From positions 2,720,001 to 2,784,000 of the forward strand of contig CAXXJJ010000001.1 of NCBI GenBank assembly GCA_963667015.2: a DNA stretch of 64,000 nucleotides, read 5' to 3'. Position numbers and translations under genes: made by a program. The notes under the pieces are model-generated. The model was not told the DNA's origin. It ran no database searches and saw only the letters and a program-made list of their open reading frames with translations. Position 1 is the first letter of the stretch, and every line of letters begins with the position of its first letter. Source of the DNA: Desulfatiglandales bacterium. Its GTDB lineage: Bacteria; Desulfobacterota; DSM-4660; Desulfatiglandales; HGW-15. This document shows positions 62,249 through 64,000 of this stretch, piece after piece.

Positions 62249-63502
62249 ATGAATCAGCAATCTACTGCAATACCGAAAACGCCGGCATATGCCTGGGCAA
62301 TAGTGTTCGCTCTATACATGGTCACGTTGTCATCGACTCTTAATCTGTTCAAGGTGCCACCCCTGATGGTTACACTAAATAATGAATTTAAGGTGACCTT
62401 TGTCGAAACAGGCGATCTGATGGGCATCTTTTCGATCATGGGATTTGTTCTTGCTCTTCCTGCCGGTTTTATTCTTAGAAAAATCGGAATCAAGGCTACT
62501 GCATTGATTTCTGTTGCCGCTGTAGCAATAGGGCCTGCAATTGGTGCTTTGGCAACAACATTTTTAATGCTCAAGGTAGGACGATTCATCGAAGGAGTAG
62601 GGATGGGGCTGATTATGGTAACCGCACCACTGGCAATCAGCATGTGGTTTCCTTTACAGAAAACATCTCTGCCCACAGGAATATGGGCAACCAGTGTTGC
62701 AATAGGTAATATAGTTATGCTGTTTATTGCACCATTAATTGATGCAGCCTACGGCTGGAAATATGTGTGGTGGTTATGCGCTGGTTTCTCAGCTCTCTCT
62801 TTCATAATATTTGCAATTATGTTCCGTATGCCGAGGGCAGATGAAATGGAACCTGCTCCAGCTCCGCCTCCAGGTGAGGATGCCTCCCCCAGCCTGTTTA
62901 AAGGAATGGCTAACCGCAGTTTCTGGATGATCGGTGTCGCATTCGGCTGTTATAACCTTGTTGTTATGGCTGTAACTAATGTTTACCCGTCATACCTCAT
63001 GGAATTTAAGGGTTTTCTACCGACATACGATAATGGTCTTCTATTGTATGCCTCGTTTGTAACCGCTTTTGTATTTGGTGCTTCAATCTTTTCATCACCG
63101 ATCGGAGGCTGGATATCTGACACTATTGGTAAACGTAAGATTATGATTATTATTCCCTTTGCCCTTGTGACCTTAACCTTCCTTTTCCCATTTAATGTTG
63201 ATGGAGGTATGATTCCTCTGTATACGCTCATATTTGGTATTCTGCATGGTCCTCTCGCAGCGGTACTTCTTGCTTCAGTTCCTGAAGTAGCAAAGAAACC
63301 CCAGTTTATCGGAATAGGTATGGCTATTGCTATTTTCCTTCAGAATATTGGAATGTTTCTTGCCGGCATACTGTTTCCGCGAATTCAGGCGGCTTATGCA
63401 GCAACAGCAGGCATACAGGAAAGCTGGGCAATTGCCGGGTACTGGATGATTCCTTTTGGTGTGCTTGGAATTATTGCTACCCTGTTTGTTAAGGTCCGAT
63501 AA
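62249..63502 (+). CDS. MFS transporter
   Basis: About 12 TMs; GRFIEGVGMG, GWISDTIGKRK. Confidence 0.85.
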   Translation: MNQQSTAIPKTPAYAWAIVFALYMVTLSSTLNLFKVPPLMVTLNNEFKVTFVETGDLMGIFSIMGFVLALPAGFILRKIGIKATALISVAAVAIGPAIGALATTFLMLKVGRFIEGVGMGLIMVTAPLAISMWFPLQKTSLPTGIWATSVAIGNIVMLFIAPLIDAAYGWKYVWWLCAGFSALSFIIFAIMFRMPRADEMEPAPAPPPGEDASPSLFKGMANRSFWMIGVAFGCYNLVVMAVTNVYPSYLMEFKGFLPTYDNGLLLYASFVTAFVFGASIFSSPIGGWISDTIGKRKIMIIIPFALVTLTFLFPFNVDGGMIPLYTLIFGILHGPLAAVLLASVPEVAKKPQFIGIGMAIAIFLQNIGMFLAGILFPRIQAAYAATAGIQESWAIAGYWMIPFGVLGIIATLFVKVR

Positions 63503-63513
63503 TATTAAAGGCT

Positions 63514-63546
63514 CTCCCCATCATTAATTAAATTATTGATGGGGAG
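63514..63546 (+). terminator. Hairpin after the MFS gene
   Basis: CTCCCCATCA...TGATGGGGAG followed by GTTTT. Confidence 0.5.
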
Positions 63547-63562
63547 GTTTTAGGAGGTTTTC

Positions 63563-64000
63563 ATGCGTTCAGGTTTTAAAGGCTCTGCACTTGTGCTTGT
63601 GTTGGCGTTATTTTTTTCATGCTCTGCAGTTAACAGCAACTTCTCCAATCCTAAAAATATTGAAAAGGCAGTTACGCAACTGACCGAATCGGGAATTCCG
63701 CTCCAGGCTGACCCTCAGGGCAATGTTCGCTGGATAGAAGCCAAGAACGGTGAATTCAAGGATACTTCCATGCGTTATCTTCCAGGACTGCCGGGACTTG
63801 AATGGCTGGAGATAAGTAATAGCACTCTTTCTGACAATGGTTTGAAATATCTGAAAAATTGTACAGGCATTAAAAGGTTATATATACATGACATGGATCT
63901 TACGGGAGAAGAATTGAAATGGATATCGAATCTTAATCAGCTTGAGGCACTGGCACTGCAAAACACTCAGATCGATGGTGCATTTTTAAAACACCTGAGT
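63563..64000 (+). CDS. Leucine-rich-repeat lipoprotein (3' part outside window)
   Basis: AGGAGG RBS; MRSGFKGSALVLVLALFFSC; LRR-like units LPGLEWLEI, IKRLYI, LNQLEALAL; frame open to the window end. Confidence 0.7.
   Translation, partial: MRSGFKGSALVLVLALFFSCSAVNSNFSNPKNIEKAVTQLTESGIPLQADPQGNVRWIEAKNGEFKDTSMRYLPGLPGLEWLEISNSTLSDNGLKYLKNCTGIKRLYIHDMDLTGEELKWISNLNQLEALALQNTQIDGAFLKHLS

Overview
AT-rich chromosomal window from an anaerobic, selenocysteine-using bacterium. Gene content (HdrL/MvhD, MetV-MetF, many sigma-54 and two-component genes) suggests Desulfobacterota; this is an inference. About 50 CDSs are present. Four are split in the ORF track by in-frame UGA codons that I read as selenocysteine (hdrA/hdrL, mvhD, a DsbA-like UxxC protein, a UGSC-type protein). 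The window also holds one complete IS21-family element, several gene remnants and GTAG-type REP hairpins. I saw no rRNA, tRNA or CRISPR array. Main findings: (1) a complete ribosome-stalling attenuator with an Arg-rich leader peptide upstream of argD; (2) a NfeD-membrane-domain/putative DNA-binding fusion with candidate operators upstream of nfeD-SPFH; (3) a creBC locus whose cre-tag array precedes a VIT/PEP-CTERM target plus exosortase instead of creD; (4) an AraC-GyrI gene with internal 21-bp repeats and an internal RBS; (5) an exported fused UGSC-type selenoprotein; (6) a 3'-end-replacement islet in the SPFH gene. All calls come from reading the sequence by eye; no database search was run.
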